Origin: a virus
Taxonomy: Duplodnaviria > Caudoviricetes
Reading direction: 5' to 3' (one strand)
IMG/VR virus record: IMGVR_UViG_3300025601_000007
Length of the DNA stretch: 64,000 nucleotides
Below the pieces are notes generated by a model that ran no database searches, was not told the origin of the DNA, and saw nothing but the letters and a program-made list of their open reading frames with translations. Positions 17,918-27,180 of the stretch are shown one piece after another; position 1 is the first letter of the stretch; each line of letters begins with the position of its first letter. The translations under genes and the position numbers were made by a program.

Positions 17918-18818
17918 ACTTTGTTGCTAATCGATTAAGCATCTCTAGAATTCTGTGGTCTGGATACAAGTCAAGTTTATCTTTTCTAACTGTGGAGTGT
18001 GACCAAATTCCAGGAAGAGTTTGTCGAATAACTTCGCTATCATAGTCAAACCAAGAATAGTCAAACTCGTATTGGATTTCGATATTATATTTCTCAATTA
18101 AATGCTCACAAAGTTTTTCTGTGGCATTGATTTGCCCATCAGTAAATGATTGGTAATATTGAAAACCTCTAAACCCTCTAGGTAGGCTGTAAACTTCATC
18201 TTTAGGTATTACTTTTGTAGAGTAATCTTTTGGCCAAGCGTAGTATTTTCCATCTTTTAACTTTAAGGGCCCATAATTGCAGATTTCAATTCCAAATGAT
18301 GATTTATCTAACCTGCCCTTAGTGCCTTTTATGCCTAAGTGATAGCTCCAGTAGTCTGGATTGAAGCATTCAAACACATCACCGTCGCCATCTATGACAA
18401 ATGGCGTTGCAACTCTAGGCTCATTAGAATCCCAATAATCTATTACGTTTTTCGCACTTGGCCCTCCAGCTGTAAAATGAAGAAAGATTTGAGTTTTTGA
18501 CGTAGTTTGCTTGATGTATTGCCCCGTAGACAGTCTGTGACTTTTATCTACTGGCATTGGATATTCTTGTTTTGAAGCTTCATTAGTCACTGATGGCTTC
18601 CATGTTCTTTTTCTTGATGCATGTGCTTTTAAAGCGTCTGCAGTTGACTGACCAACTACACCGTCATTCATCAATCCAATTTTCTTTTGAAAAGCTTTTA
18701 CTGAACGTTGCGTTTTTGCACCATAATCGCCATCTATAACCAAGTCGTAACCTAGAACCGACAGCATTTTTTGCACTTCTATTACTTTCTGACCTCTATC
18801 TCCTACCTTTAAAATCAT
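17907..18818 (-). CDS. Endolysin: peptidoglycan-binding domain + N-acetylmuramoyl-L-alanine amidase (Amidase_2 type)
   Basis: LKVGDRG..V..VQ..L...GY....DGDYG.KT..SV.AFQ....L..DGVVG; IFLHFTAG..SFGIEICN..GIWSHSTVRKDKLD. Confidence 0.9.
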   Translation of the reverse strand: MILKVGDRGQKVIEVQKMLSVLGYDLVIDGDYGAKTQRSVKAFQKKIGLMNDGVVGQSTADALKAHASRKRTWKPSVTNEASKQEYPMPVDKSHRLSTGQYIKQTTSKTQIFLHFTAGGPSAKNVIDYWDSNEPRVATPFVIDGDGDVFECFNPDYWSYHLGIKGTKGRLDKSSFGIEICNYGPLKLKDGKYYAWPKDYSTKVIPKDEVYSLPRGFRGFQYYQSFTDGQINATEKLCEHLIEKYNIEIQYEFDYSWFDYDSEVIRQTLPGIWSHSTVRKDKLDLYPDHRILEMLNRLATKYGK

Positions 18819-18838
18819 GCCATTAGTGTTGTTGGTTT

Positions 18839-18846
18839 ATAAATAG
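18839..18846 (-). promoter_or_regulatory. Putative late-promoter motif CTATTTAT
   Basis: ATAAATAG upstream of endolysin start 18818. Confidence 0.6.
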
Positions 18847-18892
18847 CTGGGATATTTATGAATGCGTAGATGTAACATTTCTTTATTTCCTG

Positions 18893-18901
18893 CGTATATT
18901 G
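18893..18901 (+). promoter_or_regulatory. CGTATATTG promoter-like motif
   Basis: Immediately upstream of the 18905 ORF; matches motifs at 490 and 12028. Confidence 0.5.
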
Positions 18902-18904
18902 TAA

Positions 18905-19357
18905 GTGATGGTAAGGAAAATAGTCATAACACCCAATCGTGATAATGAAGTCCAAATGGATTTCACAAAAACCTTTAAAGCTAAGTCAGGGATTGAGCTT
19001 TACGAGCACATTATAGTCAGAGAGGAAAATGGGGCTCAATGTGTGTACACTATCATGAATGAGTCGTGCTTTGAAATACTTAAAAAAACTTTATTGGAAT
19101 TCCAAGTAAATGTTCAGCAGGATGTTGACTTCACCGAGAACTTTAAAGAGCTATATAGAAGCGGAAGATTATGTGAATTTGTTTATAGCAATGACACACT
19201 GAGTCCCAGTGATTTCATTTCAGACTTTTATTCCAAGCACATTAAATGCGACGAGGTTCTTGAAAAAATTTACATTGGTGGAATTAACTCTCTTGATAAA
19301 TTTGACCGACAAATACTTACAAACTTCAACACTTCTGAAGCAAAAAAGTCAGCTTGA
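18905..19357 (+). CDS. Hypothetical protein
   Basis: 150 aa with its own promoter-like motif and terminator. Confidence 0.7.
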   Translation: MMVRKIVITPNRDNEVQMDFTKTFKAKSGIELYEHIIVREENGAQCVYTIMNESCFEILKKTLLEFQVNVQQDVDFTENFKELYRSGRLCEFVYSNDTLSPSDFISDFYSKHIKCDEVLEKIYIGGINSLDKFDRQILTNFNTSEAKKSA

Positions 19358-19369
19358 AGCTGACTTTTT
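19343..19369 (+). terminator. Intrinsic terminator
   Basis: AAAAAGTCAGCT-TGA-AGCTGACTTTTT. Confidence 0.8.
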
Positions 19370-19386
19370 GTTAAATTTGTTTTTAT

Positions 19387-19742
19387 AAGACGGAGCGTAA
19401 AACCCATTCATCGCGCAGCGTGGATGGGATGAAAGCGACCTTATTCAGCAAATATAACAATTGTTTTTGATAAAGACTTGATGTTTTTGGTTTAAACGCA
19501 TATATTTGTTATAACAAACTTCGATAACCAAGAGTTTGTTGTTCTTTGACGTGGTATAAGGTTGCTCTGCAAAATCTTGCAGTTTGCATAAAACCAAAAA
19601 GTAAAACTGAATTAAAAACATTCACGTCTGGTTGTGGGATGCAGTCGGACGATAATCAAAAACGGGATGAGGCGTTGCTATTAGGTGAGTCTACGACCCC
19701 CGAAGCCCAACCCATCGGCTCTGCCGTGGGTGGGTAGTTCAC
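19387..19742 (+). mobile_element. Non-autonomous IS200/IS605-type cassette, 356 bp (copy A), retaining the TnpB 3' end/omegaRNA
   Basis: Follows TTTAT; left-end hairpin CCCATTCA..TGGATGGG; TATATTTG at 19501; ends ...EAQPIGSAVGG* coding remnant, right-end hairpin CCCAACCCATCGGC-TCT-GCCGTGGGTGGG, then TTCAC; identical to 27611-27966. Confidence 0.9.
19501..19508 (+). promoter_or_regulatory. Bacteroidota-type -7 box TATATTTG inside cassette A
   Basis: TAnnTTTG with TTG ending 20 nt upstream (19478-19480). Confidence 0.6.
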
Positions 19743-20302
19743 TATACTCCGAAATCGCCTCCCTGGCCACTTCTCGCTCCAGATACAAAATCTTTAAAGC
19801 TAGCCCCACCTTTGGCGGCTTGCCTATTAAATGTGTTAAAGTCCATTGGTTGAGCTAATTGTTGCAGGTCTTTGTAAAAAATTGCAACATCAGTAATGCC
19901 ATGTCTTTTAGCGATTTCAGCAGAATCTTGACGAAGCGTTTGTAGCAAGCCTTTCGAAATCTCAACATAATCTGCTGTGCGAGCCTTATAGGCTTGAGTT
20001 AATTGAGCGAGTTCTTGAGATTTTATTTGCTTGTATTCTTTTTTTGCTTTTTCATACTTGCCCATTCCGAAAATTTCTTCGATATCTTGCTCTTGAGTTA
20101 TACCAAGCGTGGCAGCAGTGTGTTCGTCAAGGTTTTGTCCTTTATAAACATCTCGCATTTCCTGCTCTACCTTTGCAAGCTTGTTTTCAAGAAGCTTTAC
20201 TTTGCTGTCAGCAGCACTTTCTTGAATCTTATTAAATTTAAGCTTCATCGCTTCCTCTTTAATAAGAGCATTGAGTTTTTCTTTAGAAATTTTAAGTTTC
20301 AT
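19742..20302 (-). CDS. Hypothetical protein, probable head-associated
   Basis: MKLKISKEKLNALIKEEAMKL tag followed by IQE; late motif upstream. Confidence 0.7.
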   Translation of the reverse strand: MKLKISKEKLNALIKEEAMKLKFNKIQESAADSKVKLLENKLAKVEQEMRDVYKGQNLDEHTAATLGITQEQDIEEIFGMGKYEKAKKEYKQIKSQELAQLTQAYKARTADYVEISKGLLQTLRQDSAEIAKRHGITDVAIFYKDLQQLAQPMDFNTFNRQAAKGGASFKDFVSGARSGQGGDFGV

Positions 20303-20336
20303 CGTTGTGTTCCGTTTGGTTGTGTAAGCTGTGCAA

Positions 20337-20344
20337 ATAAATAG
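20337..20344 (-). promoter_or_regulatory. Putative late-promoter motif CTATTTAT
   Basis: ATAAATAG upstream of 20302. Confidence 0.55.
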
Positions 20345-20358
20345 AAGTAAAAACCCAA

Positions 20359-23300
20359 TTAATCCGCCATTCTATTCATTAGTCTTGAAATTATGCTCTC
20401 ATCTCCTCGTGAGACATCTCGCTTAAAATCTTTGTTGTCCAAAACTTTACTCACAACCTGGTTTTTCTCTTTAAGTAACTCATAGATGTCGATGTCAATT
20501 GAGTCTTCACAAAGAAAAGTCATAATCTGGACGTTATCGTGTGTCGTCGTTGCTCTGTGAATCCTGTCTTCGGCCTGACCCATGTCTGCAGGTGTCCATG
20601 CTTGCCCAATAAAAATTAGTTTATTAGCGGATGTCAACGTGATACCAACACCTGCAGAGCCAAACGTCCCGCCGAACACATTTATGTTTTTCTTTTCTTG
20701 AAAACTGGTGACAGACTCATGCTTTTGGATAGCATTCATTTGCCCTGTGTGCAAAACACATCTATCACCCCACAGTTCTTTTATAGCATTTCCCGTGTCG
20801 ATGTAATCAAAGAATATTACAACTTTGTCTCCAGACTCAATGATGTCGTCAATAAAATCCCTCGCCTTTTCAAGTTTGAATGTCTCCGTGCATTTTTTTA
20901 GTAAGTGAACTTTCGCAAGGAAGCTCATTTCTTTTTCATCTTCTTTTCCTTCCTCGTTAATGAATTTGATTACCTCTTTCTCGGCTTTGTTGTATTCTCG
21001 CTTGGTTTTTATGTCCATTTCCAACACAACTTCGCTATATGTTTTAGGTGGCAGTTGGGACAAAACATCTTTTTTGAGTCGCCTTAGATAAAACGGAGAT
21101 ATTCTTTGGTATAGCTCTTCTAAATATGATGCCCCATCGTACTTCCACCCAAAACTATCTTCGAACCCAGCTCCATAACGCACGCCGAAGTCATGGAAAG
21201 AGTTCCACATGTCCTTATCGAGCAAATTGAGAGGCATAAACAGTTCTATCGGCCTAGATTTGATGGCGGTACCAGAAAGGAGCACTTTCTTGCTTACAGA
21301 CTCTCTAAATGCCATGTTTATTATTTTTGTCCAATCTGTAGTTCTTTCTTTTATCCTATGAAACTCATCAATGATAATCAAATCATAATCGTCAGGGTCC
21401 AGAACTTCCCCATCTTTATCAATGATGTATTGGAGACCTTTTATTCTGCTTTTGAAAGAGTTAGTGTTTGCACACTGAGGGCAGTCGTCTGTAATCTTTT
21501 TCTTGAGGCTGGTGATTTTGCAGTCGCAGTTTCTATTTCCTCCGCTTGAGAAAAGAGTTCCTGTGCACCTGTGGTTGTATTCCAGTTTGATAAACGTTTG
21601 GATTGATTCAAAGTTTATTATATGGAATAGAGACTCCTCTTTAGTGTTGTTTGTCTTCCCGCTTCTTTTGGTTGGGTTGTATTTATATACAAACGATTTC
21701 TCGTGAGAGAACTTCTCAATCTCCGACTTCCAGTTGAGCTTTAGCGATGCAGGGCATATAACAAGAGTTTTTAAGTTATGCTTGATTGCGTATGCGAATG
21801 CTGGAGCTGTATTGTGAGTTACTATGTAATCGTTCACAACAAATGTGCTATCATCAGAATCAACACTTATACATTGTTGAGGGAGCACTCCAATATACTC
21901 AATACTCTCTATATATCTAGACGTGTGATTGGTTGCTACTATTTTGTGTTCTTTTATTTTATCGTCAAGATGAAATGGTGCCCAGTTGAGTTTCACATTT
22001 ACTCGGTACTCAACCCCTTTTTGTTCATGTGTCCTGTCATAAGAAAACACTTTTGCTATGCCTCCCAATGACTGTGTTAATTCTTTTACATCTTCCGCCA
22101 GTTGTTTTGATACTGTGTGATAGTGAGTTCTACTGTTAGAACAACTCCCATCAGTGTCCATAAGCCCTTTTAATAGCTCTGTTCGCTGCTCAGTGGAGCC
22201 GTTTCTGTACTCTTGTGGAATAAATTTGTAATGGGATTTCACATTTAATTTCAAGCGTCTTATCTCGTCGGTGTATCTGTTTTTTTGTCCTAAAGTATCT
22301 GATATTGAGTATCTACTGCAAGAGTGTTGAGTGGACTCAGATTTTTTTATTTTAGCCATCTTCATCCCAGGTAATAAATTCGACTCAATTAAACTGGCTG
22401 TTGATTCTTGGAAATCAGGTATAGACATCGTAGGGGTGGGCGATGAAATAGCTCCATCTCCGATTAAAGAGCCTAAAATAAAAGGATGAATCACATATTT
22501 CTTCTCAGGGAAATTCGCTGGCTGGATAGTCGGGATTTCCCATTTCAAAACAGGCTTTCTACCGCTGTCAATTCTTTTTTTATTTGTCTTATACGATAGT
22601 CCAGATTTTATTAACTCAGCAATAGACTTAACTGTCCACCCTATGCCTTTTTGTCTTCTGTTAGCATCTCTTACTGTCCATAAATGCTCTTCGCAACATT
22701 TTACTTTTGAGCCGTCGTTAAAGGTGACTTCGTATGCATCAAGAAGCCCTTGAGGATATACTCCAGTGACTTTGTGAAATTCGCCATCAGAACCTAACAC
22801 ACTTGAGTCGAGTGATATATCACCCATTCGTATCCATCCTTTATCGGTGCAAATAGGGGTTTCTAAAAACAAACTCTTACCAACACCAGGTTCATCGCCA
22901 AGCATAATTACGCCTTCGTTGATTTCCATGAATTTAACTGCCTGCTTTTGGTAGTCATACGGCTCTATCTTCATAAAACTGTAATCTTCATCGTCAACTT
23001 GTATGCTGTCTGCCTTTGCTTTTAAGGCTTCTCGGATTCTGTTTTGGCGTTCCAAATAAAGCTGTCGAAGTTGCCCCATTTCTGCTTTAGTGAAATTGTC
23101 TAAAGCAAATGGATAACTATTGTCCAGGAGGAATGAGATGACATTTCCCATCTGGACCTCTCTAACTTGAGTGACCCACTGAGCTTTTACGGTTCCATCT
23201 AATTGCAGCACTTCCTCTTTGAACAGCTTCTTGTGCTCGCGAGGGAATGATTTGATATAAGATTGAAGTCGTTTGTCGAATTCGAAAGTCAGGTTGTAAT

Positions 23301-23376
23301 TAGTCCTGAGCTTTTTTATATTCACCGTCGGCCTGTAGCTGGCTTTCTTTTTTGGCTTTCCTTTTTCTTTGCTCAT
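20359..23376 (-). CDS. SNF2/HARP-like SF2 helicase with intein
   Basis: PYDYQ, GDEPGVGK/T, VICPASLKLNW, IIDEFH, LSGTAI, QAEDRIHR. Confidence 0.93.
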   Translation of the reverse strand: MSKEKGKPKKKASYRPTVNIKKLRTNYNLTFEFDKRLQSYIKSFPREHKKLFKEEVLQLDGTVKAQWVTQVREVQMGNVISFLLDNSYPFALDNFTKAEMGQLRQLYLERQNRIREALKAKADSIQVDDEDYSFMKIEPYDYQKQAVKFMEINEGVIMLGDEPGVGKSLFLETPICTDKGWIRMGDISLDSSVLGSDGEFHKVTGVYPQGLLDAYEVTFNDGSKVKCCEEHLWTVRDANRRQKGIGWTVKSIAELIKSGLSYKTNKKRIDSGRKPVLKWEIPTIQPANFPEKKYVIHPFILGSLIGDGAISSPTPTMSIPDFQESTASLIESNLLPGMKMAKIKKSESTQHSCSRYSISDTLGQKNRYTDEIRRLKLNVKSHYKFIPQEYRNGSTEQRTELLKGLMDTDGSCSNSRTHYHTVSKQLAEDVKELTQSLGGIAKVFSYDRTHEQKGVEYRVNVKLNWAPFHLDDKIKEHKIVATNHTSRYIESIEYIGVLPQQCISVDSDDSTFVVNDYIVTHNTAPAFAYAIKHNLKTLVICPASLKLNWKSEIEKFSHEKSFVYKYNPTKRSGKTNNTKEESLFHIINFESIQTFIKLEYNHRCTGTLFSSGGNRNCDCKITSLKKKITDDCPQCANTNSFKSRIKGLQYIIDKDGEVLDPDDYDLIIIDEFHRIKERTTDWTKIINMAFRESVSKKVLLSGTAIKSRPIELFMPLNLLDKDMWNSFHDFGVRYGAGFEDSFGWKYDGASYLEELYQRISPFYLRRLKKDVLSQLPPKTYSEVVLEMDIKTKREYNKAEKEVIKFINEEGKEDEKEMSFLAKVHLLKKCTETFKLEKARDFIDDIIESGDKVVIFFDYIDTGNAIKELWGDRCVLHTGQMNAIQKHESVTSFQEKKNINVFGGTFGSAGVGITLTSANKLIFIGQAWTPADMGQAEDRIHRATTTHDNVQIMTFLCEDSIDIDIYELLKEKNQVVSKVLDNKDFKRDVSRGDESIISRLMNRMAD
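21811..22875 (-). mobile_element. Intein (355 aa) with LAGLIDADG endonuclease, inserted in Walker A
   Basis: Begins S-LFLETPI after GK; ILGSLIGDG and LLKGLMDTDG; ends YIVTHN followed by Thr+1. Confidence 0.92.
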
Positions 23377-23773
23377 TTAACTCCTTTTGCTTTATCATGG
23401 CGTCTTTCAATCTGCCTACTCTCTCAGTAGGGTTAGAATTAGCTTTTTTTAAATTGTCGATTCTAGCTTTATATCGCTTATCGGCATTGTCCATTCGTTC
23501 TTTTTCTTTCTCTAACTTTTTTTCCAAACAGCTTGGGACAGACTCTTTACCTCTAAGTTCTAAACTCATTTTTTGACGCATAAAGTCAGCCAGAAACTTT
23601 AATTCCATTGACTGCTTACGCAAGTGCTTCTTAGAAGCCTTTTTTCCTAAAAGGCCTTTTTCCGCATGAGCTTCCATAGACATGAGGGTTTCAAGGAGTT
23701 CATAAAAGATGTCTAGCTCACTGAACTCCTTCATCCTCTCCAGCTCCGCTAGAGTCCAGGTCGGTTCTTTCAT
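23300..23773 (-). CDS. Basic protein, possibly Hc1-like histone-H1-type DNA-binding protein
   Basis: FYELLETL..ME..AEKG..GKKASKKHLRKQSMELK..A..MR pattern; K/R-rich tail. Confidence 0.45.
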   Translation of the reverse strand: MKEPTWTLAELERMKEFSELDIFYELLETLMSMEAHAEKGLLGKKASKKHLRKQSMELKFLADFMRQKMSLELRGKESVPSCLEKKLEKEKERMDNADKRYKARIDNLKKANSNPTERVGRLKDAMIKQKELNEQRKRKAKKESQLQADGEYKKAQD

Positions 23774-24149
23774 ACAGTTTTGATATTGATTGTAAGTCGT
23801 CGCCAGTTAATTCTCTAATAGCTGCTTGTTGTTCGTGATGACGCTCACGGATTACATCAGACACAGTCTTCCCGTCTTTGGAGGCCTGGAAAAGGTCTAC
23901 TGCGAAACGGTCGTCTGTATATAGGTCTTTGTCGATTCGATAGAACACTTTAGCTGTCATGGTCGGCAGCTTGGCCCCTTCTTTCTCCTCTAGTTTAGTA
24001 TAGCAAAAGCCAACCAAGTCCTCCTCGTTCTTGAGTTGGGTTAAGGGCTGGCTTATTGGTGTTAGTACACGAGCGGTTGAATCTCCGTCTATCGCTTGCA
24101 GCTCTTTACGGATGTATTTCTCTATGTCTTTTGAATTATAATATGGCAT
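23718..24149 (-). CDS. Hypothetical protein
   Basis: 143-aa ORF. Confidence 0.65.
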   Translation of the reverse strand: MPYYNSKDIEKYIRKELQAIDGDSTARVLTPISQPLTQLKNEEDLVGFCYTKLEEKEGAKLPTMTAKVFYRIDKDLYTDDRFAVDLFQASKDGKTVSDVIRERHHEQQAAIRELTGDDLQSISKLYERTDLDSSGAGEDEGVQ

Positions 24150-24184
24150 AGAGAATAATGAACAATTATTCTCGAAAAATCAAA

Positions 24185-24781
24185 TTACTTCTTAGAGCGA
24201 AATACTATTTTTGGGATATAAAGGGTAGCTCTTTTTTTAAAACTTTTCTTTTTTAACTTATCCATGTCGATTTTGAATGCCTTGTTAGCATTTTTCAGCA
24301 CCTCTCGCTCCTTAGCTAAATCTTTGAACATGTTTTCCAACGATGTAATTTGAGAAGGAGTTTCGAATTCTTTATTTGGTCTTGGCTTCTGGATACAAGC
24401 AAAATCCTGTGTACTTTTTTTGTCTCTGAGTTTGTGGAAAATGTAGTTCTTCCCAGCTCTCTCTGCTTTCCAAATAGCAAACTTATTCTTCAGGTTTCTC
24501 ACCCATTTGTATTTGTTTTTACAAGGGTATATAGTAACAAACGCACCTGTGCCTTCTCCGTAGATACGGATGTAGTCGTTTTCTTTGATGCGTTTGGATG
24601 TTCCCCCGTGGTATTGATTACGAATATCCTGAGTGGATTTCATCCTCTCGTTGTAATTCGGCAGTTCCGATTTAACTCTAGCAGCCAAGCTGTTTAGTTC
24701 ATCTTGCTCTTGCTCTAAGTTAATTCCAACTTCGCTGAATAACTTATGGATATTTTTTAATTCTGATTCTTTTTCTTTCAA
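24185..24781 (-). CDS. Hypothetical protein
   Basis: 198 aa, TTG start, late motif at 24798. Confidence 0.65.
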   Translation of the reverse strand: MKEKESELKNIHKLFSEVGINLEQEQDELNSLAARVKSELPNYNERMKSTQDIRNQYHGGTSKRIKENDYIRIYGEGTGAFVTIYPCKNKYKWVRNLKNKFAIWKAERAGKNYIFHKLRDKKSTQDFACIQKPRPNKEFETPSQITSLENMFKDLAKEREVLKNANKAFKIDMDKLKKKSFKKRATLYIPKIVFRSKK

Positions 24782-24797
24782 AATGCTTATTTTTGGT

Positions 24798-24805
24798 ATA
24801 AATAG
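24798..24805 (-). promoter_or_regulatory. Putative late-promoter motif CTATTTAT
   Basis: ATAAATAG upstream of 24781. Confidence 0.55.
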
Positions 24806-24827
24806 ACAGTGATTCCTTGAATGGGAA

Positions 24828-25793
24828 TTATTTTAACTTCCCGTGTTCTTTCAAAAGTGTCTTGTCTTGGCCTGGGAATCCGCTACATAACGGGTGTTTA
24901 CCGCCTTTGTAGGAACAAAAACGACAAGAGTTTTTGTCATCTATCAAATAGTTCCCGCCAAGGTCAACCGTTGGGTTTCCAGCGAAATCTAAAACGAATT
25001 TAGCTTTTTGAAAGTCTTGTTTGATGTGGATTTTGTTGAGTGACTCCGACATTGCCTCTATTGCCTGGCGAATTTCTCCTAGCGATGAAGTCATTGGAAC
25101 ATCAACAATTTCTCCGAAGCCCATGTCTGGCTTCTTCTTGTTTTTCAGTCTGTTCAAAACAACATACTTGGTATCTATCTGAGTCAAATCCACGTTGTTC
25201 TTTCTGGCCCAGAAATACTTATACAATTTCATTTGCATAAGGAAGGTTTTGTTTTTGTTCTTCCAGTACATATTCCACGGCTCAGAGGACGTCTTCCAAT
25301 CGATTATCACAATTCGACCAGTCTTTCTGTTTTTGACCACAAAATCAATAAACCCTTTGAAGTAAAAAATTCCATAAATGTGTTCGTAAAGAGGCTCCTC
25401 CACCGAGACTATCTCGTAATCTCGCATAAATGCTTCCACATCAATGGTCCGAAGCATGTTCTCGCCTTGGTCGGTGAACGCATCAAGGTCAGCGAACTCA
25501 GGGGTGTCTTTCATGTTCTCAATCATGTCCTTCCTGAAAGTGAGCTTGAAATGCTCTACTCGCTTGTCGGTGCTATACTCGTTCTCAAACGTGCGTTCAA
25601 TCGATTCGTGAATGGCGTTTCCGAAGTACAAGTGAATTGATGGAGGCTGTTGGTCCAGACCTAAGTGTTTCTCAATCAAGTGCTTGTGTCCGCATTCTCG
25701 GAATAATGAGAATTCTGAAAAAGAAATGTGCTTGTATCCCTTTTGTTTACCCTCGGCCATTACGCGAAACATATCTTCTTTGCCTTTGCTCAT
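24828..25793 (-). CDS. PD-(D/E)XK nuclease (RecB/Cas4-like)
   Basis: ISFSEFSLFRECGHK, FGNAIH, FKGFIDFV..IIDWKTS, QMKLY, CRFCSY..C. Confidence 0.88.
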   Translation of the reverse strand: MSKGKEDMFRVMAEGKQKGYKHISFSEFSLFRECGHKHLIEKHLGLDQQPPSIHLYFGNAIHESIERTFENEYSTDKRVEHFKLTFRKDMIENMKDTPEFADLDAFTDQGENMLRTIDVEAFMRDYEIVSVEEPLYEHIYGIFYFKGFIDFVVKNRKTGRIVIIDWKTSSEPWNMYWKNKNKTFLMQMKLYKYFWARKNNVDLTQIDTKYVVLNRLKNKKKPDMGFGEIVDVPMTSSLGEIRQAIEAMSESLNKIHIKQDFQKAKFVLDFAGNPTVDLGGNYLIDDKNSCRFCSYKGGKHPLCSGFPGQDKTLLKEHGKLK

Positions 25794-25834
25794 AATACTG
25801 CTGTGTTGTGTCCTTAGCGAATATAATCAATTTT

Positions 25835-25848
25835 TAGATTATAATCTA
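25835..25848. promoter_or_regulatory. Perfect 14-bp palindrome in a divergent intergenic region (candidate operator)
   Basis: TAGATTA-TAATCTA. Confidence 0.45.
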
Positions 25849-25862
25849 GGCTATTTAGGTAT

Positions 25863-26477
25863 ATGGGACACGTATCCTCAATTTATCTTCATAAACTAAA
25901 CAGACTTGCTGGAATTGTTTCAGAGGCACTTAACACTGCCACTGCACCTGACCCTTTTGCGAGGTCCAACGAGCGTGTTCCTTTTAATGTCGACCTGATG
26001 CAGCAAGCAATCGAACAAGGTCTTGTGGTTGGTCTTCTGTTTCAATCCAACAACACCAAGTACAAGATGCCTGTAGCCAAGTACCGCAACATCATGCCTG
26101 TGGCTATGGGGTATGATAAAGACGGTAGATTAGTTTTTCGTGGGGTCCACGTTAAAGGTCAGAGTGAAAAGAAGGCTCGACAGACTGGCGTTAGAAGCGC
26201 AGAGGCATCGAACGAATGGAGGCTGTTTTTGGCATCAAATGTAAAAAGCATGTTCTTTACTGGGGGTTTCTTTTCCCAGGTGCCAATTGGAGGGTTTAAA
26301 TCAAATGACAGTGACATTACGCGTCAGATAGTATCGTTTGATGCGGGGCGAGCAAAAGCTTACCAAGACGAATATAACAAGATGTCGCAACCGCAGTCCG
26401 ACTACAGTCCTGAGTTGAACGAGAAGTCTAGAGTTATAAAGAGTTTGTTTAAGAAAGATTATCGAAGGAAGTGGTAA
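25863..26477 (+). CDS. WYL-like domain protein with N-terminal RLAGI tag
   Basis: AIEQGLVVGLLF..YRNIMPVAMG..LVFRG..WRLFLASNV; CTATTTAG at 25851. Confidence 0.7.
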   Translation: MGHVSSIYLHKLNRLAGIVSEALNTATAPDPFARSNERVPFNVDLMQQAIEQGLVVGLLFQSNNTKYKMPVAKYRNIMPVAMGYDKDGRLVFRGVHVKGQSEKKARQTGVRSAEASNEWRLFLASNVKSMFFTGGFFSQVPIGGFKSNDSDITRQIVSFDAGRAKAYQDEYNKMSQPQSDYSPELNEKSRVIKSLFKKDYRRKW

Positions 26478-26580
26478 TTAAAGAGCATTATTAGCGTTTG
26501 GTCTGTATCGAGTAAAATGGTATCGGTTTTGCTATGTACCACTTCAAACCTTGTGTTTGTGTGATGATGATATCATTTGG

Positions 26581-26829
26581 TTACTTCTGAATTTCGTCTT
26601 TCAGTTGTTCAAGTCTTTCAGTTGTCACTATTATTTTTCTTGGCGAGTTGTTAATTGCTCTTTCAAGTGATTGAAATAGTTCTTTTTTGCTTTTAAACAA
26701 GTGTTCTATTGCTTCATAAGGTGTTAATCCCCTAATCATAGACTCAAAGATACTTCTAAATTCTGCATCAAATTGAAACTCTTCAAAGAACTCTTCTGTA
26801 AACTGTGATTTTAATTCAAATTGGTTCAT
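26581..26829 (-). CDS. Hypothetical protein
   Basis: 82-aa ORF. Confidence 0.65.
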   Translation of the reverse strand: MNQFELKSQFTEEFFEEFQFDAEFRSIFESMIRGLTPYEAIEHLFKSKKELFQSLERAINNSPRKIIVTTERLEQLKDEIQK

Positions 26830-26889
26830 AATAAACGCTTTATGGTACAGGTTGAAAATAAAGACCTACTAGGTCTTATTGGTTATTAA

Positions 26890-27135
26890 TTAAGAAGCAT
26901 CTATCTTTTTTATAATAGTAAGTAATTCGTCTTTGTAATGCTGCTCATTCTCATAGATTTCTTCGTGATTAATAGTTCCTTGTGCCCACATTTCTTTGCA
27001 CAATTTTAACCCAAGTAAAACACCTTCTATTCTTGATATTTCAATTATTTCTTCAACTGATTTAGGATAAACAACATCTAATCCCCAAGTGTCTTGATGC
27101 TTTGCTTTTTCGTAGTACTCTTTTGCTTTTGACAT
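26890..27135 (-). CDS. Hypothetical protein
   Basis: 81-aa ORF. Confidence 0.65.
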   Translation of the reverse strand: MSKAKEYYEKAKHQDTWGLDVVYPKSVEEIIEISRIEGVLLGLKLCKEMWAQGTINHEEIYENEQHYKDELLTIIKKIDAS

Positions 27136-27180
27136 AATAAATTTACATAGTGAAGTATATACATAGCTAACCCAGCCTGT

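Noticed and set aside
19546-19737. 63-aa ORF (also 27770-27961) as a real protein
   Set aside because: TTG start; only the last ~30 codons resemble a TnpB C-terminus; best explained as the omegaRNA/right-end remnant
24828-25793. Cas4-like nuclease as part of a CRISPR system
   Set aside because: No repeat-spacer array or other cas genes in any intergenic region; solo PD-(D/E)XK nucleases are common in phages
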